A stretch of DNA of 64,000 nt, from NCBI GenBank assembly GCA_000320545.1, contig ADNK01001700.1, forward strand, positions 1 to 64,000. Direction: 5' to 3'. Positions 42,630 through 55,668 of the stretch are shown here, piece after piece. The notes under the pieces were generated by a model that saw nothing but the letters and a program-made list of their open reading frames with translations, was not told where the DNA came from and made no database searches. The position numbers and the translations under genes were made by a program. Each line of letters begins with the position of its first letter. Position 1 is the first letter of the stretch. This stretch comes from Bigelowiella natans CCMP2755. Taxonomy: Eukaryota; Protista; Cercozoa.

Positions 42630-44176
42630 GAGTGTCTGTGTGTGCGCGCTATGTATGTCGTTAATTTATGTTGATTTTGGTCGTCATGTACGGATAATCC
42701 CACTACTAAGCTTCCAATCGCCCTGCCTTCTCCCCCCCTCTCGTCCACCGCAGCAAATTAGTAGTAGAGCCTCCTCCTCTTGAGCAAGACAAAGAGAAGA
42801 AACAGCACACCCTCGGCTGCAGCAGCAGCAGAAGTAGCCCCTGCATCGTTTCACCCTCTTATAATAATAATATCCCAAGAAGATCTCTCTTGTCGGGGGC
42901 AGCAGGACCAACAACAAAATTAGAACGCAATCTCACAGTCACTGCTACATCGGGGAAGGAGATCCAACAAAGGTCATTTCTCCATATACATGCATGCAGC
43001 AAATGTAGTAGCAGTAGTAGGAGTAGTAGTATCCCTTTCTACCTCTCTTGAGCCCCCCTCTCCCTTCACCCTCGTCGTGTGTGTTTGTAGCAATCTGTGA
43101 CGCATATTTGGGTGCATATTCATATACTTGGTTGGTGTGTTTGGTGGTCCTTCCCAATTTCCATCACCAGCCTTTTTCTCTTCTTCGCATCTTAACCCTT
43201 AACTATGCTGTTACTGCTGCAATGCTCAATTCGTCGTCCACAGCACTCAATTGACATTGAAAAGAATGGTTATTCCTCCTCACGAGTTTCTTCCAACACT
43301 CATATTGTTGTATCTCTCTCTATCTATTTCGCAGCAGCGGCATTTGCAACCCATCATCTGCAAGTTCCACACAACCAAATAATTCTTATTCTCCAAGGCA
43401 GCAGCATATATCCGCATCATCCCCTCGGATAATCCTGAACAACTACACCTCCTACGTACACGTCTCTAATGGCCCCAATAGGTTGTTGTTACTGCTGCTG
43501 CTGCTGCTGCTGCTGCTATTTTTGCTGGCGTTGACCCACAAGCAGATTCTTGTAGTAGCACCCCTACTTCAGATCTTGTACTTATTGATCGACGTAAGCA
43601 GCAATGATGCCTTATATTCACAATGATGAGAGCAATGGTGCTTTGTGCTAAAGACACTGCTTTTAACGGCATTGCCATCCAGCTTCTTCCACAAATTCAG
43701 CACACGTTGTTGTTGTTATTTTTTTATGGGTGCTAAACTCCAAGAATAACGATCTGGCTCTTGTGTGTGTTTCAATACTTTTGCGTATTATTGATAATTA
43801 CTATTCTTATTCTTATTCTTATTCTTATTATGTGTATGCGTGTGCAGCAGCAGAAACATATCCAGTAGATTGAAGACGCTGATCTTCCTTTTCTCCCTCT
43901 TTGGCACTGTGACTCTAGTCCTTGGTAAGAAGAAGAAGAAGAAGAAGAAAAAGAAGAAGAAGAATACCCATTCCTTCCCTAACCCTAACGTCCTCATCCC
44001 TTCGATGATTTCGCTTGAATTCCGTTGTTTATTGCTCCGATGTTACATTCTTTTTATTCTTCTTGTTATCAATATTTTGGTATATATTGGCTTCTAGGTG
44101 TCGGACTTATGATTAGGAATTTTTACATCAGAAATACAAATTATAGGTTAATTAACATACGTGCACATTTACTTGT

Positions 44177-44214
<38 letters not shown>

Positions 44215-44263
44215 CAATATATATATTTAAATCATTGTGAAAGACATTTAAATATATGTTGTG

Positions 44264-44296
<33 letters not shown>

Positions 44297-45032
44297 TTAG
44301 ATATAAGTCATTTGGAAAGGAAGAAATAGAGAGGAGAAGAATATTGAATTTTCATATATCTACAAAATTAAAATTGAAGTGCTCCTATTTTCTAATCTTT
44401 CGTCCTGTTCGTTAAGATCTGCAGCTACTTACCATTGTAATGATAATATTGATGATGATGATGATGATAATGATGATGATGATCTACATATCTTCCTATC
44501 AGTGACCACATGGATATCCGTCTCGGGTCTATCACTTTTGTGCTTACGTTTAGCAGCATATTCCTCACGCTCTATTATGGCTGGACGGTATTATGAACTA
44601 GAATATTATATAAATTGTAATATGTTTTATGGCCGGTGACACGCGCCCCGCTTGTTGACCGGGGATTGCCAGAATGGGTTTCTTTCTTATTCCAACAACA
44701 TTCATCACGTCATCCCAAGAAGAGTATGTTGTTTATATGTTATTTATTACCCTAAATGATGCTGATATTATGTGTGTCGGTCGATGATACTAATATGCCA
44801 GCTTCCAAGAGGGAAATTGAAGGAGGAGACCAACTCCCAGCTCAATAATAATTGTAGACGTCAGTGTGATGCCAAGAGAGCTGTGGCCAACTCTTCCCCT
44901 CGTGCATGCATCCTGCTACCTTCACAGCAGCAGCATTCCCAAAGAAGATCGTTCCATGTTTCACACGGCACAGACGCTGCTGATGTTGATGATGCTGGAC
45001 AAGAACATCCCTCTTCTCTACGCAGCATATAG
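39242..45032 (+). CDS. Putative multi-pass membrane protein, many small exons; structure uncertain
   Basis: AG/GT-bounded short segments encode hydrophobic peptides (LLAAYQLVY..LQIVLASSTTGAVFSCIFPF; VLFIGYMSWVIAT; TTILLLVSNKPQYNALRIGGM; YLCMYMMLYYIKF; LIFLFSLFGTVTLVL). No family recognised. Confidence 0.35.
41097..41182. repeat. 43-bp tandem duplication (2 copies)
   Basis: GGAGATACATGATCT(T/C)T(C/A)TGCGTACTGATTCAGTCTTAGAGTT twice, with 2 mismatches. Confidence 0.9.
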
Positions 45033-45294
45033 TAATCATACTGTGATTCTTAAGGAGAGAACATTTACTTTTCTGAACTTAATTAATGGAAGTTAAGTCC
45101 ACCAACAAATGAAAATCCAGCCCTACGATATCTGGGTAGCGTGCAACATTCCGCACATGTCAATGGGATGGCGGTCTTAATACTGCTGTCTTTCTAGTTT
45201 CTCGACGGTGGAATACACAATCAATCATAATTAGTAATAAGAAGTAGTCGCCTACTTGGTGATGGCTGTTTATTATTTTATCATGATCAATTTG

Positions 45295-45329
<35 letters not shown>

Positions 45330-46206
45330 GTCACATAGCTACCAGGCAACCAACCTAAAGGCTAGAAGGGCGCGCAAACGTCCAGCCATTCACCGTGCTA
45401 GCATGCTACAGCATGCGACGCAATATTCTAGCATTACTAGCTACGGGTTGTAGATGAAGGCTGATGTGTTAATCTCTCGAAGTCACATGAAACGTACACT
45501 TTATGTACCAGTTTAGCATCTTCACTGACGTGTGCTAATCCTGCATACGCGGCATTGTCATTTTAATAATCAAAGTATGCGCATCGTACTACTAGCGTGG
45601 CAAAGGCTTATTTCTTAATTATTTGTGCAGCGAGATTTTTGGTTGGCTCCTAATAAGTCAATATATATTGTTATTCATCCATGCACACATACAAACACGT
45701 TGCGGGCGAGGGCATTCTAGCATGCTATAGCATGCATGGCCCTCATGCATGGACACTAATAACGCTAAAGGAATCATGAAAGTGGATAAATGCGCTGGAG
45801 TATCATCAACGTTTATGGCCAGAATATGTGTAAGTCAACGTGCTAGAAACAAATTTCGTTTTGTTGTTTTCTGCTAGTATTATGTGTGCGCACGTACGTA
45901 CGACATATACGTACTCGTTTTTCGGCCAAATAAATAAAGCAGATCTATCTAGCAATAATCCCTTAATTTTGATATGTTTTAAGTGCTATTTCAGACGACG
46001 ATAGACATAATGTGCTGTACGTCGTCGCACATGTACTGCACTACTATAACTACTACTACTACTATTACTACTACTACCTACTACTACTACTAGGACTATC
46101 ATCGTATCATACATGTTCTCCCAGGTGCGTCTATTACCCATAATATATAACTGCCGGATATGCTGCTTTTCTTAGCTTGCATTCTGGCACTTCCATGTTA
46201 TAGTCC

Positions 46207-46241
<35 letters not shown>

Positions 46242-46273
46242 CATAATACCATCGTTATATTACTATCATACTT

Positions 46274-47040
46274 TTAATATCTACTATCCTCTTGAAGGAG
46301 AGCAACCTGCGTTTATGATAGCAAAAGCAGGCAAGTAGCAGAGGGGACAAGAAGGAATGGGTGAATAAGAAGGAGGAAAACATGGACGAAGGTGATAACC
46401 AATATCATTTTTCTTTGAATTGACGAGTGATGATAGATAAAGAATGATGATTGATGTCATCAATGTTTGTTCTTACCAATGCCCCAAACAGCTCAGGAGC
46501 TGAAGGAACGTCGTTACGCTGTGTCGGTTGCTCTCGAGAGATTCTTCTAAGCATACCATCCACTGCCACCATAATCCATCCAACAGATTGAGCATATCTG
46601 TAGTAGTAGTAGTAGTAGTAGTAGTAGTTGTTGTTTGTCAAGAACAAGCACCAGATGATTCTCTCCTTGAATTGTTACGAGACAATATTCTCTACTCTCT
46701 TAGAGAGTGTAAGTAGCAGCTAGTACCTGGTAGGAGGGCGCATGCTTGGATTTCGATATGTAGTTTCAGCAGTAGTATCCTTGTCTCCATTGAGAACAAC
46801 ATCAGGAGGAATTACCTTGTTGTTGTTGTTGTTGTTGTTGTTGGAAACAGCAGTAGGAGAGGAGATTCCAGCAGTAGACAATGGTGGTGGTGTAATAGTA
46901 GCTGCAAGATTTACGTTAGCACTACTTTTAGTGTTATCAATGTTGTTGTTGTTGTTGTTGTTGTTGTTGCGTCGTATGGAAGATAGTGAGAGGGGGGCGG
47001 AGGGGTCCGAGATGCCGTGCTCCGAACCGTCAAATGTAGA

Positions 47041-47077
<37 letters not shown>

Positions 47078-48451
47078 CTTCTAGGAGGAAGTTTTCCCAA
47101 ACTTCTTTTGTCTGGTGGCCACACCTGAAATTGGTGGAGAAAACCAATGCCAGAAGGAGAGTAAGTAACCCATACAATAAGCCGTACATGCTAGCATGAT
47201 GGCACAGTACTACTATGATTATTAGTGATGAATACAATAGTAAACATTAACATCAAATAGTAGCAAACCAGTACGTCGTCATAAATAAGTCTTTATACAT
47301 TTATATCATTAGTTGTTCTTCTTACTACTACTATTACTACCGTGCCAACGTGATCAAGCTCACTTTCATACCGTACCACACTTGAACCTGGGATTTCTGC
47401 ATCCTCAGGAATCACCAAACCATCGTTGGCTTTGCCATATCTGATGAGCAGATGGCGGAGGGAGGGAAGGGTAGGGAGAGGGAGATTGGTGAGGAGGGCG
47501 GCGCAGCGAGCAGCTTATGTTTAACACACTACTATGTAAGTACAGCATTTGTGTGTTAGTGTGTGTCTCTCTCCCCCCCCCCCCCCCCCCCCCCTCTCTC
47601 TCTTTCTGTGTTTGTGTGTGCGTGTGTGGACAAGTACACTGGATAATGAGTTGTGGCATCATCATCATCACCTTTTTTTAACATATCGTGTCAAGATCTG
47701 CTGGATACTAAAACACAAACAAAATAACAATTAAACGAATATTTGGACATGATTGTAATATGTAGGAGCATAGAGAAGGTGTGCGTTAGAGGGTGACGAA
47801 GTTATATGAGACTCATCATATCTCTCCTCATTCCTTTGTTGCTCATATTTGCAATCAATAAGGTGCTTTCCCGTGAAGAGAAACAACAAGAAGAAGAAGA
47901 ATGGGACACAAAGTGATTTATATAAGCGGAAGGTGTTGATTGACTACTAGTAGTACCTTGTTGGAGAGTTGGTGCTGCTGTGAAAAGATACTGTAGCAAT
48001 GTTCGGGGGTAACGGATGTCTAATGTTGTTGTTGTTGTTGTTCTTGTTGTTGTTATTTATAGCATAAACAATTAGAAAGAACCATGCACTTGGTCATTTG
48101 TTAGCTATTTTATCGTGATGCTATTCTTCGGCATGTGTTACGGTAGATAGATCGTCGGCGCTCTTAATACTTATTAATAAGTGTAGTAGTAGTAGTAGTA
48201 GTAGCAGTAGTAGTTGTTGTTGTTGTAGGAAATAATTACTTGCTGAGGAAATCCCGTCTGCTTTGATACATCATATCTAAGACAGACTGCCAACTACCTC
48301 GTACATACTGATGGGAGAGGAGAGAAGAGGAGAGCAGGAGGACCAACAACAACGAAGACAATAGAATAATTATCAAACACAAATCATCTCAAGTACAAGA
48401 AGAAAGAGGGGGGGGAGAACTTTAAATCTTCATAAGCACGTGCAGATTCTC

Positions 48452-48491
<40 letters not shown>

Positions 48492-49102
48492 ACACACAGA
48501 CAACACAAACAACACCTTTCTCATCCAATGTGCAAGCGTATAATGAACAGGGTCTCCTGTTAAATCCGTGGCCAAAGGAGCACCTGGTATTGCATGCATG
48601 TACGTGTGCAATTATTCAGAAACAAAGTCTTTCCTGAATCTAACCCCGCCCCTCCTTTCTTGCTATCGATCTTCCTCCTCCTTCTTCCCCTTCTTCTTCT
48701 TCTTCTTTTTCTAAACCAAACTTGTCCACCTCCAAATGGACACTGGCAGAATACAATGCCTCGTACTGCCAACAACAACAACAACAACACAACAACGACG
48801 TACGCAGAAAGAGGAGGAAAAGGGGGGGGGTTAGTAGCAATAAAACAGATATTACTGCTCGTGATTCCTCCCTTAGGGAAAGAGAAAGAGAAGGAGAAAG
48901 AGAGAGGGCACGCAGGATGATGCTTATATATACTGCTGGTGCCTCCCCACAAATGTAAACAGTAGTACTACTGGTACCTATATCTTGTAGTTCATCTTGG
49001 TAGAGAGATAAGGCTGCTGCAGAGTCTATGCCTCCCTGAATAATAAGGGAATACACACCATCACAACGAATAGTACCAACTACAATGTTTCTCAAATACG
49101 TA

Positions 49103-49144
<42 letters not shown>

Positions 49145-49435
49145 TCTGCCCCTATCATCTGAACAGAAGTAGACGACTCAGCAGCCTGCGACGATATTCT
49201 ATTTTGGAGCAAGGTGGTGCTTTTCCTCTTCTATTCCTTACTATGCAAGTCCTCCCTCCTTCTCTCTCCTCTCCTTATTCATTAGGATCATCATCATTAT
49301 CATCATTATCATCACCATCATCACTTTGTTATAACAACAACCAATTCACCTTGCTGTGTGTGACCAAGACGACTTTCTTTTGAGTCGCCGAGTAAGCGTC
49401 GATGATCTCTCTCCTTTGATGACAAGTACATTATA

Positions 49436-49484
<49 letters not shown>

Positions 49485-50367
49485 GTTATTAATAAATATA
49501 TCGTTGATAATATGTATATCTTATTCGTTTGATGGTAGTACCGAATTGCGGCCGCATTTTCATAAACACCACTTGCTCCTCCCACCTAAGAGAGATTCAA
49601 TCACATACATAAATCATAAATACTGTACTTGTTAAATATAGCTCATCACTATTATTATTCAGTGCTGCAGCAGTAACACTCACACATACACACCTACCTA
49701 TCTACCTACCCTACCCTACCCTACCTGTGAGCAAAGCTTTGCTTGAAGACCTGCCTTTCTAAAAGCATTCACGGTGCTATCGAAGTACGCCTTTGTACAC
49801 CACCACCACCACCACCACCAGCAGCAGCAGGAAGGATAAGGAACATGAGGAGGAGGAGGAGGAGGAGAAGGGGGTTAGTGCGGATGGGGATTTTAGCAAA
49901 TCATAGTAGGGTTAAACATTTGTAGATTGGGTTGATCATGACGATGACGATGATGACGATGATGATGATGATGATGATGATGACGATGATGGAAACAAGG
50001 GGCAAGATAATGATGATGGTAATTGCAGAGCAAAGCACGGTGTTTTTAGTGTCGTACGTGCGTTTGTGTATGCGTGGTCTCGCAATAATACCGGATATAT
50101 CTGCCAAAGAAATCCCGGCACGAAGACGTAGTATACATCGTTGCGGAGTAATGAATATCCGGAAGGATCATCCTCCTCCCCTTCCTTCCTCTTCATACCG
50201 GCAATATCATCACCTTCCTTTTCCTGTATCATCATTGCAAATGAGAACGTCGATTTGTGGTATAAAAACACGAACGATGATAAAAAGGACAACTTGCGGC
50301 AGGTTTGACCACATATGCAGCACAGGTGAAAAACACTACTCTATCTCCCCCTCCTCCTTGATTGGAC

Positions 50368-50401
<34 letters not shown>

Positions 50402-50421
50402 GCTCTCTTTTATATGTTATA

Positions 50422-50458
<37 letters not shown>

Positions 50459-51231
50459 GTAGTCCGCACATGCTCCTGAGGTAGTAGTTGCATCCTCGAT
50501 AGAAGCGTGTGAAATCGGTTAGTTTTGTCCTCGACGGGGGGGAGGGAAGGATCCCGTTTCAGCCATCCGATGTATTCCTCTGCTAGTTTACGAGACTCTG
50601 CTCGAGAAAGCAGCACAGAGAGCAGTGCAAATGGGACTTTCACTTTGTCAATCAAACCTGTTCCTGGCGGACCGTCGCCACCCCCCCCACGGCTAAATCT
50701 GCGTAACAAAAGTATATGATGCAATAACTAATTTATTGAATATGTGTGTGCTTTCAATGTATGTATATATTTTTGGTGGTGAGGGGGGAGGAGTCGGGGA
50801 GGTGAGGGCACCAGCACCTCGCTCAATAAGTGGGTTGTGGAAAAGATTTGGAAAAACAGAAGAAGAATCTATGGGTACTTGTCCTCTGCGTGATAGTGAT
50901 AATAATAATAATAATAATGATAATTAAAATGATGATCATAAATGGCTGGTTTTGGTGGTGGTGTATCATGTTGTTACGTACGTTTTGGCCATTGCGCTAG
51001 ATTCAGCTTCTGCTATAGCTCTGCTGGCCTCTTCTAGCACTCTATCGAGCAGCGACTGCTCTCTCCTAATCAATCACGTCATAAAAGTACACATACTTTA
51101 CGAAAAGATGCAAAGAATTGTGTGGGAAGGGGGAGGGAGGATGAATGGAGGGACCTTAAACGACGCTGCGAGTACTTTAGACTTGATTTAAACCCTCGAA
51201 GACGTATAGAAGCCCTTGCCATTTCCGACTA

Positions 51232-51264
<33 letters not shown>

Positions 51265-51494
51265 CAACCACCACCACACAAAAAACAGCACTTATGAAGA
51301 AGTACCAGGCAAAACGTAAAGAGGTGAAGCAAAAGCATCCCCCCACACATATAATACACATCTGCAATCTTCGGTGCTACCAGGGGTCTTTTCTTCAGGG
51401 CTACTAGTTACTGCTTGTTGATAATAATACAGTATCATCATCATCATTATCATCACTATCATCATCATAATCATCGATATTCATCGTCATCACA

Positions 51495-51535
<41 letters not shown>

Positions 51536-51869
51536 CTTGTAATACGCAACGGCCTCCTTCGCTCTCCCTGCCTCTTCCATAACGTTTATGTTCTCTACAG
51601 AGCTGTCTAGGGGGTCGCTCTTCCGTAAATAACGTAGCTGTTTTAGCAATTGCGAAAGTCTTTCTTCTGCCTCCCGTTTTCCTTCTCTTGCCTCTTCCAA
51701 TACCTGGTGATGATGATGTGTATTTATAGTACGGGGTAGTTGAGACACTTTAAATCATTTTTTTGTTCTTCATGGAACTACTGCCTAGATCATAGAGCAT
51801 CGAACCAAAACAGCACTGCGGGGTATTTTCCTATAGAGCTTCTCTAGTACCGATATATCCCCATCTTAA

Positions 51870-51902
<33 letters not shown>

Positions 51903-53222
51903 GCTAATTTAATACAACACACACACACACACACACACTTGTTTGCTGATGCGTGATTGAAGCATATGGAAAGTATTGTTTGTTGGTTAGTTTACCGTTG
52001 TTGTTGATTTGAGCCTTTCTTCCATGCCAGCCACTTCTCCCTCAGTCTACGTACGTAGTAATACATCCATTGATTAGATGAGGATATTAAACACGATCAA
52101 ATTATAAATGCTTTCATTCACGACAATGTATGGCGACGCGGTCATGCTAATATATGCACAAAATCATCAACAGTAGTCGTCGTAGGGCAGTTACTATGCT
52201 CACACCTCTCTAACAAGCGCTCTAAGGTCATCTGAATGAATTGCCCGACGGGGAAAGGTGCCAGCATTGAAAGGAAAACCATCAATATCGCCTTGATCAT
52301 TAGATTTCTCGCTACTGCTCTTTCTATTTCCTAAAAGCCCTGTGTCCACAACGTTTTCTGAAGAGCAATTGCTTGTAGAAGGGGGGGATGAGGAGGGAGA
52401 TTTTCGCAGGACTTCCAAGTGCCTGATCGTGCAGAGTTACGGTGGTAAAACGAGGCGTCATCTCTTTTGAAATGTTTATATATTTGTGTGTGCATATCGG
52501 CATATCATCACTCGAACAATAGCACCTTATCTGCGCTTGGAAAAGAGCATTTGCCTCCTCCTTCTTTGATTCTGTTTGACGTAGTTATTATTATTAAGTA
52601 GTAGCACGTGGGTAGTAGTAGTAGTAATAGTGGTAGTAGTAGGAGTCACTACATAGCGAGGGCCATATATTTATTAGATTGTACTTATCATCATCATTTA
52701 TATTACATAATCACATTCTCCTCTCCCCACCTCTACCTATACTAGACATGACGATATATATGCACGTAATAACCAAGATCTTGGAGTTCCGATATAACTC
52801 TTTTCATCTCATCCTCCCGGGCAGACAGCATAAGCTTTAAGGCCTTGTTGTATTGTAAATGCGAGGAGAGTGTTGATCGTGTTATTAAGCAGCATGAACA
52901 TGGTTGCTGTTGGTGGTGGTGGTGTTGTTACTGTCCACATTGCAGTCACTTATTATCCCTCGAGAGATGTTGATGTTGTGGCAATCAAGGATCTTGGAGC
53001 TAGTACTAGCATCACAACCTTTGTCTCAGATAGATCATCAAACGGGTCTTTTCCACGTAGAACTTCAAGATTCTTCTCACTATCAGCCATCAATCTAAAC
53101 CACGATATCATATCCACCCATTGTAGTATTAGCTACAACTTTCCTCCCCCTTACCTTCCTTTCTATCTCCCCCCCCCCCCGTTCTCTTTTCCCATTGAGT
53201 GCGCTGCTGCTAAAAAGTGTGC

Positions 53223-53264
<42 letters not shown>

Positions 53265-54548
53265 AGGGAGGAGGGGGCTTGATTATCATGTTATTTGTAC
53301 TGCTGACAGCAGACACAGATTGATTTGATAGCATGGATTATCATGCTGTAGTATACATGGGCATGCATTCTCTGGGATCGATACATCGAGAAGATATGAC
53401 AATTTGGTTCGAAAAATTTTACTTGGCCATCCTTCTCCTTTACCTTCTCCTCCTCATCATAATCACCATCATGATCATCATCACCATTAAGATCTATGCA
53501 CTGACTACTACTATTACCTTCTGGCTTCATGCAGCTCCCTGCGAGCGCTCTTGATTAATCTGTTAATATCATTCTTGATTAGTCATTTAATAAGCGAAAC
53601 AGATATCATGAGCATATTTTCTAGAACAGCCGGATGGATTGGATACTCATTCGTTCTAATCGTCTTGATCGATTTATCAGCAATTATCGTCATTTATTAT
53701 CATCTCCATCTTCTTCATCATAATCTCCCTTTTCCCTTCATGTATCGTCAAATTGCATGGTAAGTAAAACCATGCAAATAATGGGTATACTACCTGTTAT
53801 ACATTCTCACACGAATCTTCCAAAATCGCACTTCCCTCTTGGCCTCTACTATGGCTATTCCAGGGCCTCCCTCTTCCCCTGATATTCTATCGACACGACT
53901 CTCCGACGAAGAGGCTGGAGGGGGAAGAATCACACGAGGTTGTTGTTGCGGGTAAAATGACAGTCCGGTCACTGCTGCTTTTCTATAGTGTGGGAAGAGA
54001 TTATTAAGTCTCTCGGATAGTCTAGGTGATGGGGAGAGTGGTGACAAGGAAGAAGCTTCCTGTGATACGTATGATGAGACTGCGGAAACCGAATTACCCT
54101 GGGACTGTTGATGAAGGTGTGGTAGTTGTGAGAATATGACGCGATGATCATGGTGATGACGTAGGCAGCGTCCTCGTGGACGCAAGTTGAGCGCAGGAAG
54201 GGTTCGTGGCGAAGGAGAAGAAGAAGAAAATAGGCTAGTAGTATGTGATACTGCATGAACGGCTCTTTTCAGGCTTCCCCCTCCCCCTTTTTGCACGCGT
54301 AGCCCCTGAGCTCCGTGTATAATCAAAGCGGAGAAAAACAACACCGAAATAACGCCCCAAATTCGAAGAGAAGAAGCTTTTTGCGAAAACGGACGAGGGG
54401 CATGTGCCTGGCGACGACGACGTGGACATGGAAGGGAGGAATGGTGGCCTGCTTTCCATGTTGATATCCTCTCCAAACGTAACCCCGTCCAATCATCTCC
54501 ATCATCCCAAACATATTTGAAGGGGTGAGGGGTGCTTGGAGACACCAT
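46274..54548 (-). CDS. Alpha/beta-hydrolase (lipase-like, HSKGG nucleophile motif) with bipartite-like leader and coiled-coil N-terminal region, multi-exon
   Basis: Leader with hydrophobic WGVISVLFFSALIIHGAQG followed by a Ser/Arg-rich stretch. Hydrolase exons: YVFVPGFLW, KKVVLVTHSK|GGIDSAAALSLY, GIVFCQCPFGG, SDGLVIPEDAEIPGSSVV. It could be two genes. Confidence 0.65.
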
Positions 54549-55303
54549 ATGGGCCTCCTTAGAGGACTCTGCTCTACGTTTTGGCAGAAAGGGGGGGAGG
54601 AGCTATGTTCGAGAGATTGTGTGGAGTTTTGCAGGGTGTTTTATTTTTAATTATGTTCATATTTAGCTTGTCGCAGCAATAAGGAGGACTACATTGTGCA
54701 TAATCTCTCCTAACAATTCAGGGGGTACTCACACGATCCAAAAAGAAAAGTCGGCCTGCGCGCCTGCGCACAGCCAAGCAATTTCGAACCATGACCTTTT
54801 CAAAATCCCTTTCATCTTGAATTGGCGACATCAAATCTGACAATCATCTCACAAAAATTGCTTCTGTTTTCTCACAAGCTGGAAGGAACATTGGGATGAA
54901 AATGAAAATTTGTCGCTCACACTAAATTCCTTTCTTTTTGTGTTGCAGGGATGCCTCAACAACCCCGCGCCAAGCTGGCAAGGACTCTCTAGCTCTGTCC
55001 TGCTGCCATGACGCCAGCACGCTGTTGCCTTCACGCTGCACCCAAGTGAGCGACGTGCTGCGGACCAGCGGAACCAAGCCAGATGCTTCCTCAAAAAATC
55101 CATGAAAATTTCACACGAGGATTGTCATTCATGTTGTGTGCCCTTTGCATTCGAATTTTGTTCTGGCACACGTGCGACGCCACACACTGCCAGACTGCCA
55201 GGTTTTGCAATGTCTCTGCACCTCTGAGTCTCCACTGGTCCAGACCTGCCAACCTCTCTAGCTCTGGAGCCAGGCCCAGCAATGTCACGCTGGTTGGTGG
55301 TCC

Positions 55304-55629
55304 TGTAGCGCGTACCACTACGCGGGCACAAGTCACGTGCGACAACAAAGGGGTTGTCGCGGATATAGAATATAGATAACGTAGATATTAATACAGCATA
55401 GGCACGTGGGTTCCGGCGGGACTCATGGCAGCACACCGGAAGTGTGCTGCCCCACGTGCGGCGGCATTCGCGAAAGCTTCGCGAATGATTACGCAGTGCA
55501 CGATTTAATAAAAATATAATCTTTAATAAAAATAAACACAACTCTTCAAAAGGAAGCAAACGTGCCTTTCCCCCCCCCTGCCTACTTGTGCACGTAGCGC
55601 CTCGGCCTGTGAACACCTTACGCGCAACA
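55304..55629 (+). repeat. 5' LTR
   Basis: Starts TGTAGCGCGTA and ends TACGCGCAACA (10/11 inverted termini). Direct repeat of 60694-61019. Confidence 0.97.
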
Positions 55630-55634
55630 ACCTT

Positions 55635-55652
55635 TGGCTTCCACACACGGGA
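55635..55652 (+). promoter_or_regulatory. Primer binding site (complementary to a tRNA 3' end; isotype not determined)
   Basis: TGGCTTCCACACACGGGA lies 5 nt after the 5' LTR. Its reverse complement ends ...GTGGAAG-CCA. Confidence 0.75.
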
Positions 55653-55668
55653 AACGATTTGACTAACA

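Larger units (their letters stand above)
1578..53262. repeat. Very dense microsatellites (TG, TA, GA, CTA/TAG, CAT/GAT, CAG, CAA, GAG) in introns and exons
   Basis: Dozens of arrays, e.g. (TG)n about 1578-1612, (TA)n about 2622-2655, (GA)n about 40127-40190 and (TAG)n about 18196-18229. They produce poly-S/A/D/G/N/Q tracts in proteins. Confidence 0.9.

Noticed and set aside
43977-43989. Interstitial CCCTAACCCTAAC
   Set aside because: Only two units; too short to argue for a healed break or fusion.
55400-55460. Hammerhead ribozyme in the LTR (minus strand ATGAGTCCC...GGAAC)
   Set aside because: Lacks the canonical CUGANGA and GAAA core; kept only as generic structure.
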